From positions 160,001 to 224,000 of the forward strand of contig CAYYQL010000002.1 in assembly GCA_964473825.1 (NCBI GenBank): 64,000 nucleotides of DNA, in the 5' to 3' direction. Below are positions 1 to 9,385 of this stretch, piece after piece (within the stretch, counting starts at the first letter, position 1; each line of letters starts with the position of its first letter). Made by a program: the position numbers and the translations under genes. The stretch is from an uncultured archaeon (GTDB taxonomy: Archaea > Asgardarchaeota > Thorarchaeia > Thorarchaeales > Thorarchaeaceae). The notes beneath the pieces are model-generated. The model worked only from the letters and a program-made list of their open reading frames with translations. It made no database searches and had not been told where the DNA came from.

Positions 1-637
1 AGGGGCCGTATCTACTCTGATATCGTTGGCCCCCGTTCAACTTGATATCATGATTTCCGGCTGTGAGAAACAGAGGAACAGAGAGATTTACCGCTGTGTC
101 ATCAAATCGTTGGTATTGTTTCTCTTGACCAAAGGGAGTGATGTCACCACAGTGAAACAGCATATTGGGACGGGCCATATTTGCAGTAGCAATAATCTCC
201 TCTATGGATCCCTGATACCCCTGCGAGTCGCCAAGTACGAAGAAATTCAGAGGAGGCGTATCTGAGGTTTCCATTGTGATGCTTGCATTGGTCATCTGAG
301 TTTCTAAGCGAAGCATATTGGATGATACATTTGAGTGTACTATGGAGTAGGGAACATCTGATGAGAAGCTGACTCTTTCTGTGTCGATATTGGTGATTTG
401 AACATCATGGTTGTTCAGGAAACCGGCTGCATCGGACGAGAGTTTCACTTGCATGGACAGAGCCATTGCACGGATTACCGTCTGATCGGCAGTCTGGGTC
501 AATACGTGTCCACCTTGGACTACTATTTCCGGTGCCGGAGTGGGACTTTCAGTGTGTATCAGATACACTGACCCTATGCCAGCAATACAGATGATGAGAA
601 TGCCTACAAGAGCAATAACCTCCCTTTGCTGCTTCAT
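1..637 (-). CDS. Membrane-anchored calcineurin-like metallophosphoesterase (3' end runs off window; not in ORF track)
   Basis: Manual translation from ATG at 637: MKQQREVIALVGILIICIAGIG (TM/signal) ... FFVLGDSQG ... FHCGDIT ... AGNHDI, the metallophosphoesterase motifs I-III; open to window edge. Confidence 0.85.
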   Translation of the reverse strand, partial: MKQQREVIALVGILIICIAGIGSVYLIHTESPTPAPEIVVQGGHVLTQTADQTVIRAMALSMQVKLSSDAAGFLNNHDVQITNIDTERVSFSSDVPYSIVHSNVSSNMLRLETQMTNASITMETSDTPPLNFFVLGDSQGYQGSIEEIIATANMARPNMLFHCGDITPFGQEKQYQRFDDTAVNLSVPLFLTAGNHDIKLNGGQRYQSRYGP

Positions 638-743
638 CTAGGATTCCAACTCCACTGAGTGATATGCATGACTGTATATTTCGGTTGTGCGAGGTGGTTA
701 AGAAGCTTGGCACGTGGTCACAGATCAGGAGGGGATTCTCTCC

Positions 744-2726
744 TCATTTCTCAGACTTTTTTATCTGCACGGTTGTTGAATTGAAGGAAGACCCCCCACC
801 AAGTCTTTGGGGTGTTGATAGTGTTATGGAGTTGGTAGGTCTTCCATCTAAATCGGCACCTTGGCGAGGGACCCATAAGACGCCTGATGGAATGGACTCT
901 GCGAGTCGAGCTTGCATCTTAATCTGCCCGCGTTCGTTTGAGAGTACTACAGTATCTCCTGAACGGATGTTCCTCTCTTTGGCATCGAGCGGATTGATTC
1001 GCACCATAGCAGGAATTGCCCCGAAGACCTCTTGAAATTGAGTATGACTGTATCGTGCCATTGCACTGTTCAAGAGAATGAACTCTTCGGGCTCGGGGGA
1101 TAGCGGAGAATACTGTGGGATAGGTGACAGATCGTAACTGTCAGCCTGAGTAGAATACAATTCGAGTTGCCCAGAGGGCGTAGGGTAATAGTCCAGAGGG
1201 AGATACTCCAATTCTACACACTTCCCACTCATTAGGTCGCCAAATGAGGCCTCTCTCAGCGATTCGTTCATGGCAATCTTCAGTGCGTCCCATGGATTCT
1301 CAAACAACCAATCATTGTCAAGCTTCAAGCGTTTTGCTATCTGACGCATCAACCATATCTCATCTCTGCTCTCGCCGAGAGGCGACACTATATTTCTGGA
1401 TGCCATTGTATAGCGATGCGCCCAAGCAATCGTTACATCGTCTTTTTCCAAGTAGGTACAAGCAGGGAGAATCAGATCTGCATAGTCTGTGGTTTCAGTC
1501 CAATGGGTATCGTGTACAACCACGAAGACATCATCCTGAGAGAGTCCCTCTCTCAAGGGAACTTGGTCGGGAATTGTCAATGCGGGATTCATATTGTAGA
1601 CAAATATGAACTTGAACTCACCACGTTCAATGAGAGGAGCCAAATCTACTTGACTCACAGTTTTCCAGTCGTTTGCTGACTGGTGCTTACCACTCAGATA
1701 CTCGTTGTCAATCTTGAATCCGCTTTCATTACTATAGAAAAAACCTCTGTGCATTCCGACAAGAGCGGGAAGAAGAGCAACAGCCCGAGTTGATTCAGCG
1801 CCCTGTAGATGCTTTTGCATGCCTACCCCTATCATAGTAGCACTGGGCTTCCGATTCGCATACAGATCGCCCAGTTCGCGAATGACTCCCTCGTCCAGAC
1901 CAGATATAGAAGAAGCTTTGGTCAGCGACCAATGGGTAACTTCCTGAGCAAACCGCTCATAACCCGTGGTATGTGTCGCGATGAACTCGTGGTCGGCCTT
2001 GTCGGTTTGGATGAGGTAATTTGCGAGGGAAAGAGCGAGGGGGACATCTGTACTGGGCCGAATTGGAAGCCATTTGTCAGCCTCTTCTACAGTTCGAGTC
2101 CTCCGGGGATCGATAACAATTATCGACGTATCATTCCTATCTCGTGCCTCTAGGGCCATGTCCCATATGTGTGGTGCGCTGACCACGGCATTGAAACCCC
2201 AGAAGACAATCATCTCCATGTGTAGGAGGTCATCAGGTTGAATGCCATAGTCTGAGCCGTAGTGGAGCGAGATGGCATCCCGACCGGACTTTGCACAGAG
2301 GGCATGGTCGGTTCTTGTTGCGCCCAAGGCATTCCAAAGACGCTGAGGAAAATGTAGGGTGAGTAGACCAGTGTTCCCGAAGTAGTCCAATAAGAGAACA
2401 CTTTCCTTTCCATGCTCTTCTATTGTGTTCTCCAGCCTAGTAGCCAGGATTTCTAGTGCCTCTTCCCATGATATCTGGCGCAGTTCATCCTGAGCATTAT
2501 CACGAAGATATGGATGTTCCACACGGTTTGTCACAAGACGCACCATGTCCTTAGCGGCGCGAGGACAGGTTATGCCTCGTGTGACGGGGTGCTCAGAATC
2601 ACCACGAATAGACTCGATTTGGCCGTTAGCATCGAGTGCAACAAGAAGGGTACAAGTGTCATAGCAGTCTCTTGGACAGACTGTTCGAAACTCATAGGGA
2701 GCAGCCATCGGATTTCCTGACTCCAA
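744..2726 (-). CDS. Molybdopterin oxidoreductase (DMSO reductase superfamily), catalytic subunit
   Basis: N-terminal Fe-S motif CPRDCYDTC...C, DPRRT, ADLILPACTYLEKDD, C-terminal INPLDAKERNI MGD-binding domain. Confidence 0.9.
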   Translation of the reverse strand: MESGNPMAAPYEFRTVCPRDCYDTCTLLVALDANGQIESIRGDSEHPVTRGITCPRAAKDMVRLVTNRVEHPYLRDNAQDELRQISWEEALEILATRLENTIEEHGKESVLLLDYFGNTGLLTLHFPQRLWNALGATRTDHALCAKSGRDAISLHYGSDYGIQPDDLLHMEMIVFWGFNAVVSAPHIWDMALEARDRNDTSIIVIDPRRTRTVEEADKWLPIRPSTDVPLALSLANYLIQTDKADHEFIATHTTGYERFAQEVTHWSLTKASSISGLDEGVIRELGDLYANRKPSATMIGVGMQKHLQGAESTRAVALLPALVGMHRGFFYSNESGFKIDNEYLSGKHQSANDWKTVSQVDLAPLIERGEFKFIFVYNMNPALTIPDQVPLREGLSQDDVFVVVHDTHWTETTDYADLILPACTYLEKDDVTIAWAHRYTMASRNIVSPLGESRDEIWLMRQIAKRLKLDNDWLFENPWDALKIAMNESLREASFGDLMSGKCVELEYLPLDYYPTPSGQLELYSTQADSYDLSPIPQYSPLSPEPEEFILLNSAMARYSHTQFQEVFGAIPAMVRINPLDAKERNIRSGDTVVLSNERGQIKMQARLAESIPSGVLWVPRQGADLDGRPTNSITLSTPQRLGGGSSFNSTTVQIKKSEK

Positions 2727-2777
2727 GTATCGTGGTGGTTTCTTGGTGGTCAGTCCTATATTAAGTGGAGGAATGTG

Positions 2778-3554
2778 TCAATTAACGGGTATTCCTTCCT
2801 GCCTCACACGTTCAGATAGCGTTTTGATACGCTTGTCTTTTCGCCAGACAGCAGTTTCTGCCAGGGTATCGGCAGTAACCGCCTGAAATCTTTCTTCGAT
2901 TGCCCCGGTGCGAGACTGTCCTATCAGGCCAAGATATTCATCAAGCAAAAGCCAGACCATTCTTCGTTTCTCCGGGGTGAAGATTGGGTCGGTATCAAGG
3001 ATACTCGCCGCTATTCCCCCGATGTCGAGAAGCCACGGCCCTTCACGAGCCTCCTCGAAGTCCACCCCCCAGAGCATATCATCAGCAAGAATGAAGTTTC
3101 GGAGACGGGGATCACCTTTGACCATCCCTGTAGTCTTATGGAAGTCGTAGTACCAATGTGCTAGCATTGCTGCGTATCTATTCTCTAGAGTGCGATTGAG
3201 TACATCAACTAATGATTCTCCAGAGATGTATTGCATGAGAATGACGCCGTTTCTTGCGCCGTATACCTCAGGTACGGAGAGCCCTACAGTCCGACAGGTA
3301 ACTAGCAGGTCATGTTCCAGGTCGAAGTGCCCTGTGACAAAGAGCTTACCAATCAGATTCTCTCCAGAAGAGAGGGTGAGTCTGAGAACGACGTTCTTCT
3401 TGCTCCTTAGGTGGTGAACTCCAGTGACCCTGTAAGGACGGCTCTTATGTTCGCCAACAAGCTCCCGGAGAATCTTCACGCGTTCCGCCTCCAGTATTTG
3501 ACCGTCTAGGCCATGTAGTCTTCCAGAGAGTCCGTCAAGAGCGTCCATTGTCAC
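2778..3554 (-). CDS. Atypical protein-kinase-like phosphotransferase (RIO/Bud32/APH-like)
   Basis: VPEV, MQYISG, catalytic-loop-like GDPRLRNF and DFE motifs. Confidence 0.7.
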   Translation of the reverse strand: MTMDALDGLSGRLHGLDGQILEAERVKILRELVGEHKSRPYRVTGVHHLRSKKNVVLRLTLSSGENLIGKLFVTGHFDLEHDLLVTCRTVGLSVPEVYGARNGVILMQYISGESLVDVLNRTLENRYAAMLAHWYYDFHKTTGMVKGDPRLRNFILADDMLWGVDFEEAREGPWLLDIGGIAASILDTDPIFTPEKRRMVWLLLDEYLGLIGQSRTGAIEERFQAVTADTLAETAVWRKDKRIKTLSERVRQEGIPVN

Positions 3555-3634
3555 TAGCCTTACGGGAGAAGATGTCTATTAGACTACCGACCGACCAATC
3601 ACTCTTTAAGCCCAGGGTGAAAGCGCTCTCCTGA

Positions 3635-3856
3635 TTGACAATGGATGGCCGAATTTGTAACGTTGAGAAAAACAAGGAAGACTGCGGCTGCACGTACCCT
3701 GGTTGTTCTCGCAAGGGATACTGCTGTGACTGCCTGAGATATCATTGGAAACACCGTGAACTCCCAGGTTGCCTGTTCCCGAAAGACGCCGAGAAGACAT
3801 TCGATAGGTCTCTAGAGTATTTTATCGAAGTCTGGAGTAAGGAGTTAGGCTTGTAG
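3635..3856 (+). CDS. Small Cys-rich protein (DUF6485-like)
   Basis: CGCTYPGCSRKGYCCDCLRYH...LPGCLF pattern. Confidence 0.7.
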   Translation: MTMDGRICNVEKNKEDCGCTYPGCSRKGYCCDCLRYHWKHRELPGCLFPKDAEKTFDRSLEYFIEVWSKELGL

Positions 3857-3860
3857 AAAG

Positions 3861-3965
3861 TGGCGGGCGCGCCAGGATTCGAACCTGGGACATCTTGCTG
3901 GCTTCGGGCCGTCTACGAGAATGACCCACCGAAGGCAAGCACCTTATCCGCTAGATTACGCGCCC
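3861..3965 (-). tRNA. tRNA-Arg(TCG) with 29-nt intron at 37/38 (3900-3928), CCA encoded
   Basis: GGGCGCG/CGCGCCC acceptor stem, CTTGC/GCAAG anticodon stem, TTCGAAT T-loop; BHB with CTTC/GAAG central helix. Confidence 0.95.
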
Positions 3966-4412
3966 TTGCGTGTAGCCCACAGATTCTGCTCTTAAGGACT
4001 TCCCTTGGAATCATTCAATCTGTCTGCTGTCACTGCATATCCAGAGCAGACTCACTACGGGTTTCGAGATTTGGGAATCAGTGGTATCTCGCAACAAGCA
4101 AGCTCTGGAGAGAATTCTCCTAGGGAAAGATTCGCTCCGTCAGTGGGATGCTGTACAAGACACGCAGGTTGATGTCCATGAGTCGATCATGTGAGGTGTC
4201 TAGACCTCTGAGTTGTGTAATGCCATTCCACGCGAAAGAGAACCAGTTGAGTCCTCTATACTGAGATGTCTCTACGATGCTGATTGCGCGATTTTTCTGT
4301 GTCTTGAAATTGGTCTGAATCTAGCACTCTTCCAGGGAACTCCAGAGGAAGTTCCCTCTTCGTTCGCAATTCAGAGCGAGGGGTCGTCAATATATTCTCC
4401 AAGATGTGAAGA

Positions 4413-5447
4413 CTACTTCTCAGCCATTCTGCGCATCTTTTCCTCTGTCGGATCCTTTACGACACTTTTGTCAGTAACAATCGCTGTCACGAGTTCGGGA
4501 GGAGTAATGTCAAAGGCAGGATTGTAGACCTTGGCATTGGGTAGAGTAACATACTCTCCATTGATGACTCGAATCTCGTCGGGGTCACGCTCTTCAATCA
4601 CCACGTCTTCGACATCGGTGACCATGTCAACTGTAGACATAGGCGCCACCGCATAGAAAGGAATCCCATGATGCTTTGCAGTAATTGCCATGGTGTAGGT
4701 GCCTATCTTGTTGATCACATGTCCTGTGCGCAAGATGCGATCTGCGCCCACTACACAGCAGTCGATTCGTCCCTGCTTGAATACGGTTCCAATCATTCCG
4801 TCGGTTATCAGAGTCGTGTCGATGTCATCTTCAAGGAACTCGAACACTGTCAGTCTAGCACCCTGTTGGCGTGGACGTGTTTCGGCCGCATAGACCTTGA
4901 TATCACCGTATTCCTCGTGAGCAACACGAACCACGGCACCAACTGTGCCTAGATGCACTGTAGCCAAGGAACCAGCGTTGCATATTGTCTGGATTGTGTA
5001 TCCAGGCTCAATGAGAGAGAGAGCATTCTCGCCTATCTGACGGCACATGCGTACGTCTTCCTCAGCGACCTCTTTCGCCTCTTCAATCAGTCGTTCTGTG
5101 ATTTTTTCAATAGAACCCTCCGTTTCTTTTGCCACACGAAGCATCCGCGCTGTAGCCCAAGTGAGATTGAATGCTGTTGGGCGAGTATTCAGGGTGTCAG
5201 CGGCATTCTCAAGATAGTCAACCAGAGCGTCCTTTTCTTCCGTCTTGCTCTCTAGAGCAGCCAATGCCATACCCATTGCTGCGGCTGCACCAATCGCAGG
5301 AGCTCCTCGAATCTCCATAACCTTGATCGATTCTGCAATTCTCTCGTGACTATCGGTCACTATGTGTTGGACTTCCAAAGGAAGCTTGGTTTGGTCCACT
5401 AGTCGTACTTTGTTATTGTCAAGCCATTCAATTGTCCGGAACATCAT
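4413..5447 (-). CDS. mtnA: S-methyl-5-thioribose-1-phosphate isomerase (eIF2B-like family)
   Basis: DQTKLP, IRGAPAIG, TRPTAFNL, CNAGSLAT, ETRPRQQG, GADRI, NKIGTY, NPAFDITP motifs. Confidence 0.9.
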   Translation of the reverse strand: MMFRTIEWLDNNKVRLVDQTKLPLEVQHIVTDSHERIAESIKVMEIRGAPAIGAAAAMGMALAALESKTEEKDALVDYLENAADTLNTRPTAFNLTWATARMLRVAKETEGSIEKITERLIEEAKEVAEEDVRMCRQIGENALSLIEPGYTIQTICNAGSLATVHLGTVGAVVRVAHEEYGDIKVYAAETRPRQQGARLTVFEFLEDDIDTTLITDGMIGTVFKQGRIDCCVVGADRILRTGHVINKIGTYTMAITAKHHGIPFYAVAPMSTVDMVTDVEDVVIEERDPDEIRVINGEYVTLPNAKVYNPAFDITPPELVTAIVTDKSVVKDPTEEKMRRMAEK

Positions 5448-5946
5448 TAGGTACTCCAAAATTCTGTCTGATAATCTGCTGAATCACGATGACGAGCTCT
5501 TGTACCACCTCTTGTATCTCGGAAGTGAGGCCCTCTCCAAATGTAACACTTAGGGGTTGAACTCCCAGTAGGATGGTCTTTGCACCGGTCTCCTGCTCAA
5601 GGTAGGTCATCAATAGAGAAAGAGGCATTCGGTGTGTGCTTATTGCGATACCACCAATCCGATCCTTGGTGATCAGTTCTATGCTACCGGGCTCTTTCCT
5701 CATATCGGCTGCATCAACCAAGATGACTCGTTCAGCACCGAACTTGGCAATTGGACGAGCAAATGCCTCGGGTACAGAACCAACATTCTCAACCATGACT
5801 GAAGGGTGATGGACATCCAAAGAGTTCACAACATAGATGCCCAGCCCATCGTCTGTCCGTAGATCATTGCCTATACCTAGTATGGCAATTCTGTTGGCTC
5901 CTTCGATGAAGACTTGGAGCTCCTTGGTTACCGTGTTAGCAGTCAC
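5428..5946 (-). CDS. Hydrogenase maturation protease (HycI-like)
   Basis: GIGNDLRTDDGLG, VPE, LVDAAD, STHRMPL motifs. Confidence 0.9.
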   Translation of the reverse strand: MTANTVTKELQVFIEGANRIAILGIGNDLRTDDGLGIYVVNSLDVHHPSVMVENVGSVPEAFARPIAKFGAERVILVDAADMRKEPGSIELITKDRIGGIAISTHRMPLSLLMTYLEQETGAKTILLGVQPLSVTFGEGLTSEIQEVVQELVIVIQQIIRQNFGVPNDVPDN

Positions 5947-5980
5947 AAGTTAATTCTATGCGGAGGGTTAATTTATTCTT

Positions 5981-6646
5981 GTGGATGGTCACGTCGAAGA
6001 CTTTTTCACGATACTGAATTCAGCTGATGTGAAAGGGGACTGTGAATTGTCCAACGAACATGATGTGGAACAGAATGACTTGGAAGAGTCCGAAGAAGAG
6101 ATACCGGCAGTGACTATCTTCTCCGGAAACAAAGGCTATGTTCCAAAAGATGAGGCAGATAGGATAGCCCAGCAAGGCTTCTATGGAGTCAGACTTGATG
6201 ATGGCAGACTAGAGCTGATACCTGTAGAGGTACTGCATCTGCTTGAAAGGCAAAGGATAGAACTGGTTGACGAGAAGGGGGAGAGGGTTGAGGCTAAAGA
6301 TGTAATCAACCTGCTCGTAGAGGAGGATCCAAGTCTCTGGACACGCTATCTCGTGTTCCGCGACCTGAGAAGTAGAGGATATGCTGTCAGGCAGGGGTTT
6401 GGTGGAGGAATTGGATTTCGTGTATATGCCCGGGGGGATAAGCCCGGTATTGCCACTGCAAATCAACTAGTTTATGTTCTGAAGGAAGGAGATTCTATCT
6501 CCCTCAATGACTTGGACAGAGTGACAGAAGCTGCAGCGGTTGCAAGGAAGAAACTGGTCTTTGCACTTGTTGACCAAAATGGAGAAGTGAACTTCTACAG
6601 AGTCGCTCAAACAATCCTTCAGGATAAGATCGGTGATAGCAAATGA
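5981..6646 (+). CDS. tRNA splicing endonuclease subunit, probably structural (beta) type
   Basis: YLVFRDLRSRGYAVRQGFG..FRVYARG..RKKLVFALVD family motifs; no His at the expected catalytic position. Confidence 0.8.
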   Translation: MDGHVEDFFTILNSADVKGDCELSNEHDVEQNDLEESEEEIPAVTIFSGNKGYVPKDEADRIAQQGFYGVRLDDGRLELIPVEVLHLLERQRIELVDEKGERVEAKDVINLLVEEDPSLWTRYLVFRDLRSRGYAVRQGFGGGIGFRVYARGDKPGIATANQLVYVLKEGDSISLNDLDRVTEAAAVARKKLVFALVDQNGEVNFYRVAQTILQDKIGDSK

Positions 6647-7914
6647 AACGGGGTTGGATAGATAAAGAGAATGAAGATCTGCTGAGGCTCGAGACCTTCT
6701 TTGATGATCACACCATGAGCGTACATCTGGTGGAGAATAATCCTCCGCGTGCCAAAAGAGGGGCACCGGGGGACTGGTCACTCATTGAGCTATCAGACAG
6801 GTTACTTACCTATGAGGAGCTTGACACACTTGCCCAAGCGATATTAGAAACGGCCAGATACGATAGAGGCTCTTTTATTGAGATCGAAGAAGAGGGAGCG
6901 GTGGTTGTACAGCTCAGGAACTATCGTATTGCTATAGCCATGCCACCGTTTGCAGACAAATACGAGATATCTGCTATCCGGCCCATCACGAAACTCACTA
7001 TTGATGACTACAATCTCAGTCCGAAGTTGATGACACGCTTCGAGTCCCGGGCAGAAGGCATTCTAATCTCAGGCTCACCAGGTTCCGGGAAGAGCACGTT
7101 TGCAGCAGCTCTTGCAGAGTTCTACAGCAATCAAGGAAATGTAGTCAAGACGCTGGAACAGCCCCGAGACCTTCAGGTAGACGAGGCGATTGTTCAGTAT
7201 TCTCCACTTGATGGAAGCATGGAGAAGGCAGCAGATGTCCTCCTTCTCGTCCGCCCCGACTTTGTGATTTACGATGAGCTCAGAAAGACAGTTGATTTCG
7301 CAGCCTATTCTGACTTAAGGTCAGCTGGTGTTGGAATGGTAGGGATTGTACACGCGGGTTCCTCGATTGATGCCCTTCAGAGGTTGATACACGGAGGCAG
7401 AGTTGAACTCGGGCAAATACCGAGTACTGTTGATACTGTAATCCATATTGAGGCAGGACTTGTCGCCAAGGTATCATCGCTCTCACTGAAAATCAAACTG
7501 CCCACAGGGATGAGTACATCACAACGCGACCTCTCTCGGCCAGTGGTAGAGGTCCGTGACTTCGAGACTGGGATTCTTGAATATGAGATGTTCACTTTCG
7601 GTGGAGAGAGAATTGTAGTACCAGTAAGAGGTGAGAAATCACCAGGTTTCTCACAACGAAGAGGTCGGGAACGGGGAACCCCGGGAGAAACAGTACCATT
7701 GTCGGTCAGCTACTCTAAGAAGAAGGTGACGGTGTACGCTGGCAGGAAATACTCGAAACAACGCATTGATATCTTTGCAGACGGTCAATATCTGTTCACC
7801 ACTGTGATAGGTCGAAATGGAGAAAGCTCTATCCGCATAAAGACGCGGCAGGGCAGAACCCTTGTAGATGCTATGGAAGAAGGAGCAACAATTACGGGAC
7901 AAGTGTCTAAATAG
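6643..7914 (+). CDS. PINA/MJ1533-family ATPase lacking an N-terminal PIN domain
   Basis: FFDDHTMSVHL..AKRGAPG signature, Walker A GSPGSGKST, LLVRPDFVIYDELRK, GVGMVGIVHA. Confidence 0.85.
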   Translation: MKRGWIDKENEDLLRLETFFDDHTMSVHLVENNPPRAKRGAPGDWSLIELSDRLLTYEELDTLAQAILETARYDRGSFIEIEEEGAVVVQLRNYRIAIAMPPFADKYEISAIRPITKLTIDDYNLSPKLMTRFESRAEGILISGSPGSGKSTFAAALAEFYSNQGNVVKTLEQPRDLQVDEAIVQYSPLDGSMEKAADVLLLVRPDFVIYDELRKTVDFAAYSDLRSAGVGMVGIVHAGSSIDALQRLIHGGRVELGQIPSTVDTVIHIEAGLVAKVSSLSLKIKLPTGMSTSQRDLSRPVVEVRDFETGILEYEMFTFGGERIVVPVRGEKSPGFSQRRGRERGTPGETVPLSVSYSKKKVTVYAGRKYSKQRIDIFADGQYLFTTVIGRNGESSIRIKTRQGRTLVDAMEEGATITGQVSK

Positions 7915-7965
7915 ACATGTGCTGCAGACAGTTTTAATAACAGGACGTCCGTTCTCTTCTGTTCA

Positions 7966-8068
7966 GGGCCCGTTGCCTAGCTCGGATAGGGCACCAGCCT
8001 CCTATGAACCAATACTAATCTTCGGAGCGAGCTGGGGTTCCCCGGTTCAAATCCGGGCGGGCCCGCCA
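7966..8068 (+). tRNA. tRNA-Arg(CCT) with 25-nt intron at 37/38 (8005-8029), CCA encoded
   Basis: GGGCCCG/CGGGCCC acceptor stem, CCAGC/GCTGG anticodon stem, BHB CTCC/GGAG; TATA-like TTTTAATAA at 7932-7940. Confidence 0.95.
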
Positions 8069-8147
8069 CAACACGGAAGATGTCAGTCCAGCTGGATTTC
8101 AGAGATTGGATTCTTCTTGTCTGCTGCCTGCTTGGTGTAGAAATGTC

Positions 8148-8834
8148 CTACTCTCGTTTCAAAATGTAAGATTCTACCTCGGTGCCAACATGCACTTCGT
8201 CTGCCATGTTCACGAAAAGACCTGTTTCAAGGACGCCGGATATCATTTTGAGATTCACTGCAATCTCCTCTGGATTTTCGATTGGTTCAGGAAACTTGAG
8301 ATCGAGAATGAAGTTGCCATTATCTGTTACGACGGGGCCCATCTTCCTTTGTGCCTCTCTTAATGTGGATGTGATGCCGAATTCGGCTATCTTTCGTCTA
8401 ACTACCCCTAGAGCAAAAGGTAATACCTCAACAGGGACATCACACTGCGTTCCAAGATGTTTCACCATCTTACTCTCGTCCACAATAATCACAAGTCGAC
8501 GAGATGCCGAAGCGACAACCTTCTCTTGGAAGAGGGCTCCACCGCCTCCTTTTGTCAGATTCAGGTCCTTGTCAACCTCATCTGCCCCATCCACCGTTAG
8601 AAGGAGCTCCGGATTAACATCTAGATTCGTCAGAGGAATGCCGTTTGTGATAGCCAGTTGATAGGCCTGATACGAACTCGGAACAACCGAAACTTCGACC
8701 TCTTTGTCTATGATTCTCTTACCTAATTCCTTCGCAAAGAGAACGACGGTGGATCCGCTTCCGAGACCTATTGCCCCACGTTCTGGGATTAATCTCACGG
8801 CACTCCGAGCTGCATGTTTCTTTGCACTTGACAT
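8148..8834 (-). CDS. rpiA: Ribose-5-phosphate isomerase A
   Basis: GLGSGST, DGADEV, KGGGGALFQEK, VTDNGNFILD; start reassigned to MSSAKK (8834). Confidence 0.95.
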   Translation of the reverse strand: MSSAKKHAARSAVRLIPERGAIGLGSGSTVVLFAKELGKRIIDKEVEVSVVPSSYQAYQLAITNGIPLTNLDVNPELLLTVDGADEVDKDLNLTKGGGGALFQEKVVASASRRLVIIVDESKMVKHLGTQCDVPVEVLPFALGVVRRKIAEFGITSTLREAQRKMGPVVTDNGNFILDLKFPEPIENPEEIAVNLKMISGVLETGLFVNMADEVHVGTEVESYILKRE

Positions 8835-9058
8835 ACTAGATACCTCTTGCCTTGTATAAGGGGCTGAGATACACCGAAAAAAGCCTTCCTGCAAGCAGGG
8901 CTCTGTAGAATAATTCACATCAGGTGTGGGAGCGAGTCCTGTCCTTGTTCCAGAATGTCCGGATGTGAACATTATGCTAGCAAACTGATGATGATCATGG
9001 TCATCGCGACCCTAGTCCCGTTGACTTTTTCTACAGAGCCTGCAAGCAGAGTAAGGAA

Positions 9059-9274
9059 TTAGACGATGAAACCACAGTGAGTGGCAAGATTGGCTTCGCT
9101 CTTCGACCTTGGGCGCCAATATACTGCCCAGCGTTCATCTTGGGTCTTGATTATTACGGCAGTTCGGTCTTCTCTGACTTCTTGAGCATGAACGACAGCT
9201 TCAGAATCACTATCAAAGACTGCCAGCAATTGGTAGACGTTTCCTGCAATCAACTTCCATTTTTGAGCTGTCAT
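9059..9274 (-). CDS. Small hypothetical protein (71 aa)
   Basis: ATG-started ORF filling the intergenic gap, co-oriented with neighbours; no motif recognised. Confidence 0.5.
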   Translation of the reverse strand: MTAQKWKLIAGNVYQLLAVFDSDSEAVVHAQEVREDRTAVIIKTQDERWAVYWRPRSKSEANLATHCGFIV

Positions 9275-9385
9275 AGAGATGGGTTTCCGTACTGCCTAAT
9301 AATCTCCCATCGATTTGGATGTGCAATTATTGATGAATAGATATGTTTGTGTGGGTGTAGAAAGAAAAGCGGGTCGATTCGGTAA

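Noticed and set aside
26-265. 79-aa plus-strand ORF
   Set aside because: Antisense shadow of the minus-strand metallophosphoesterase gene
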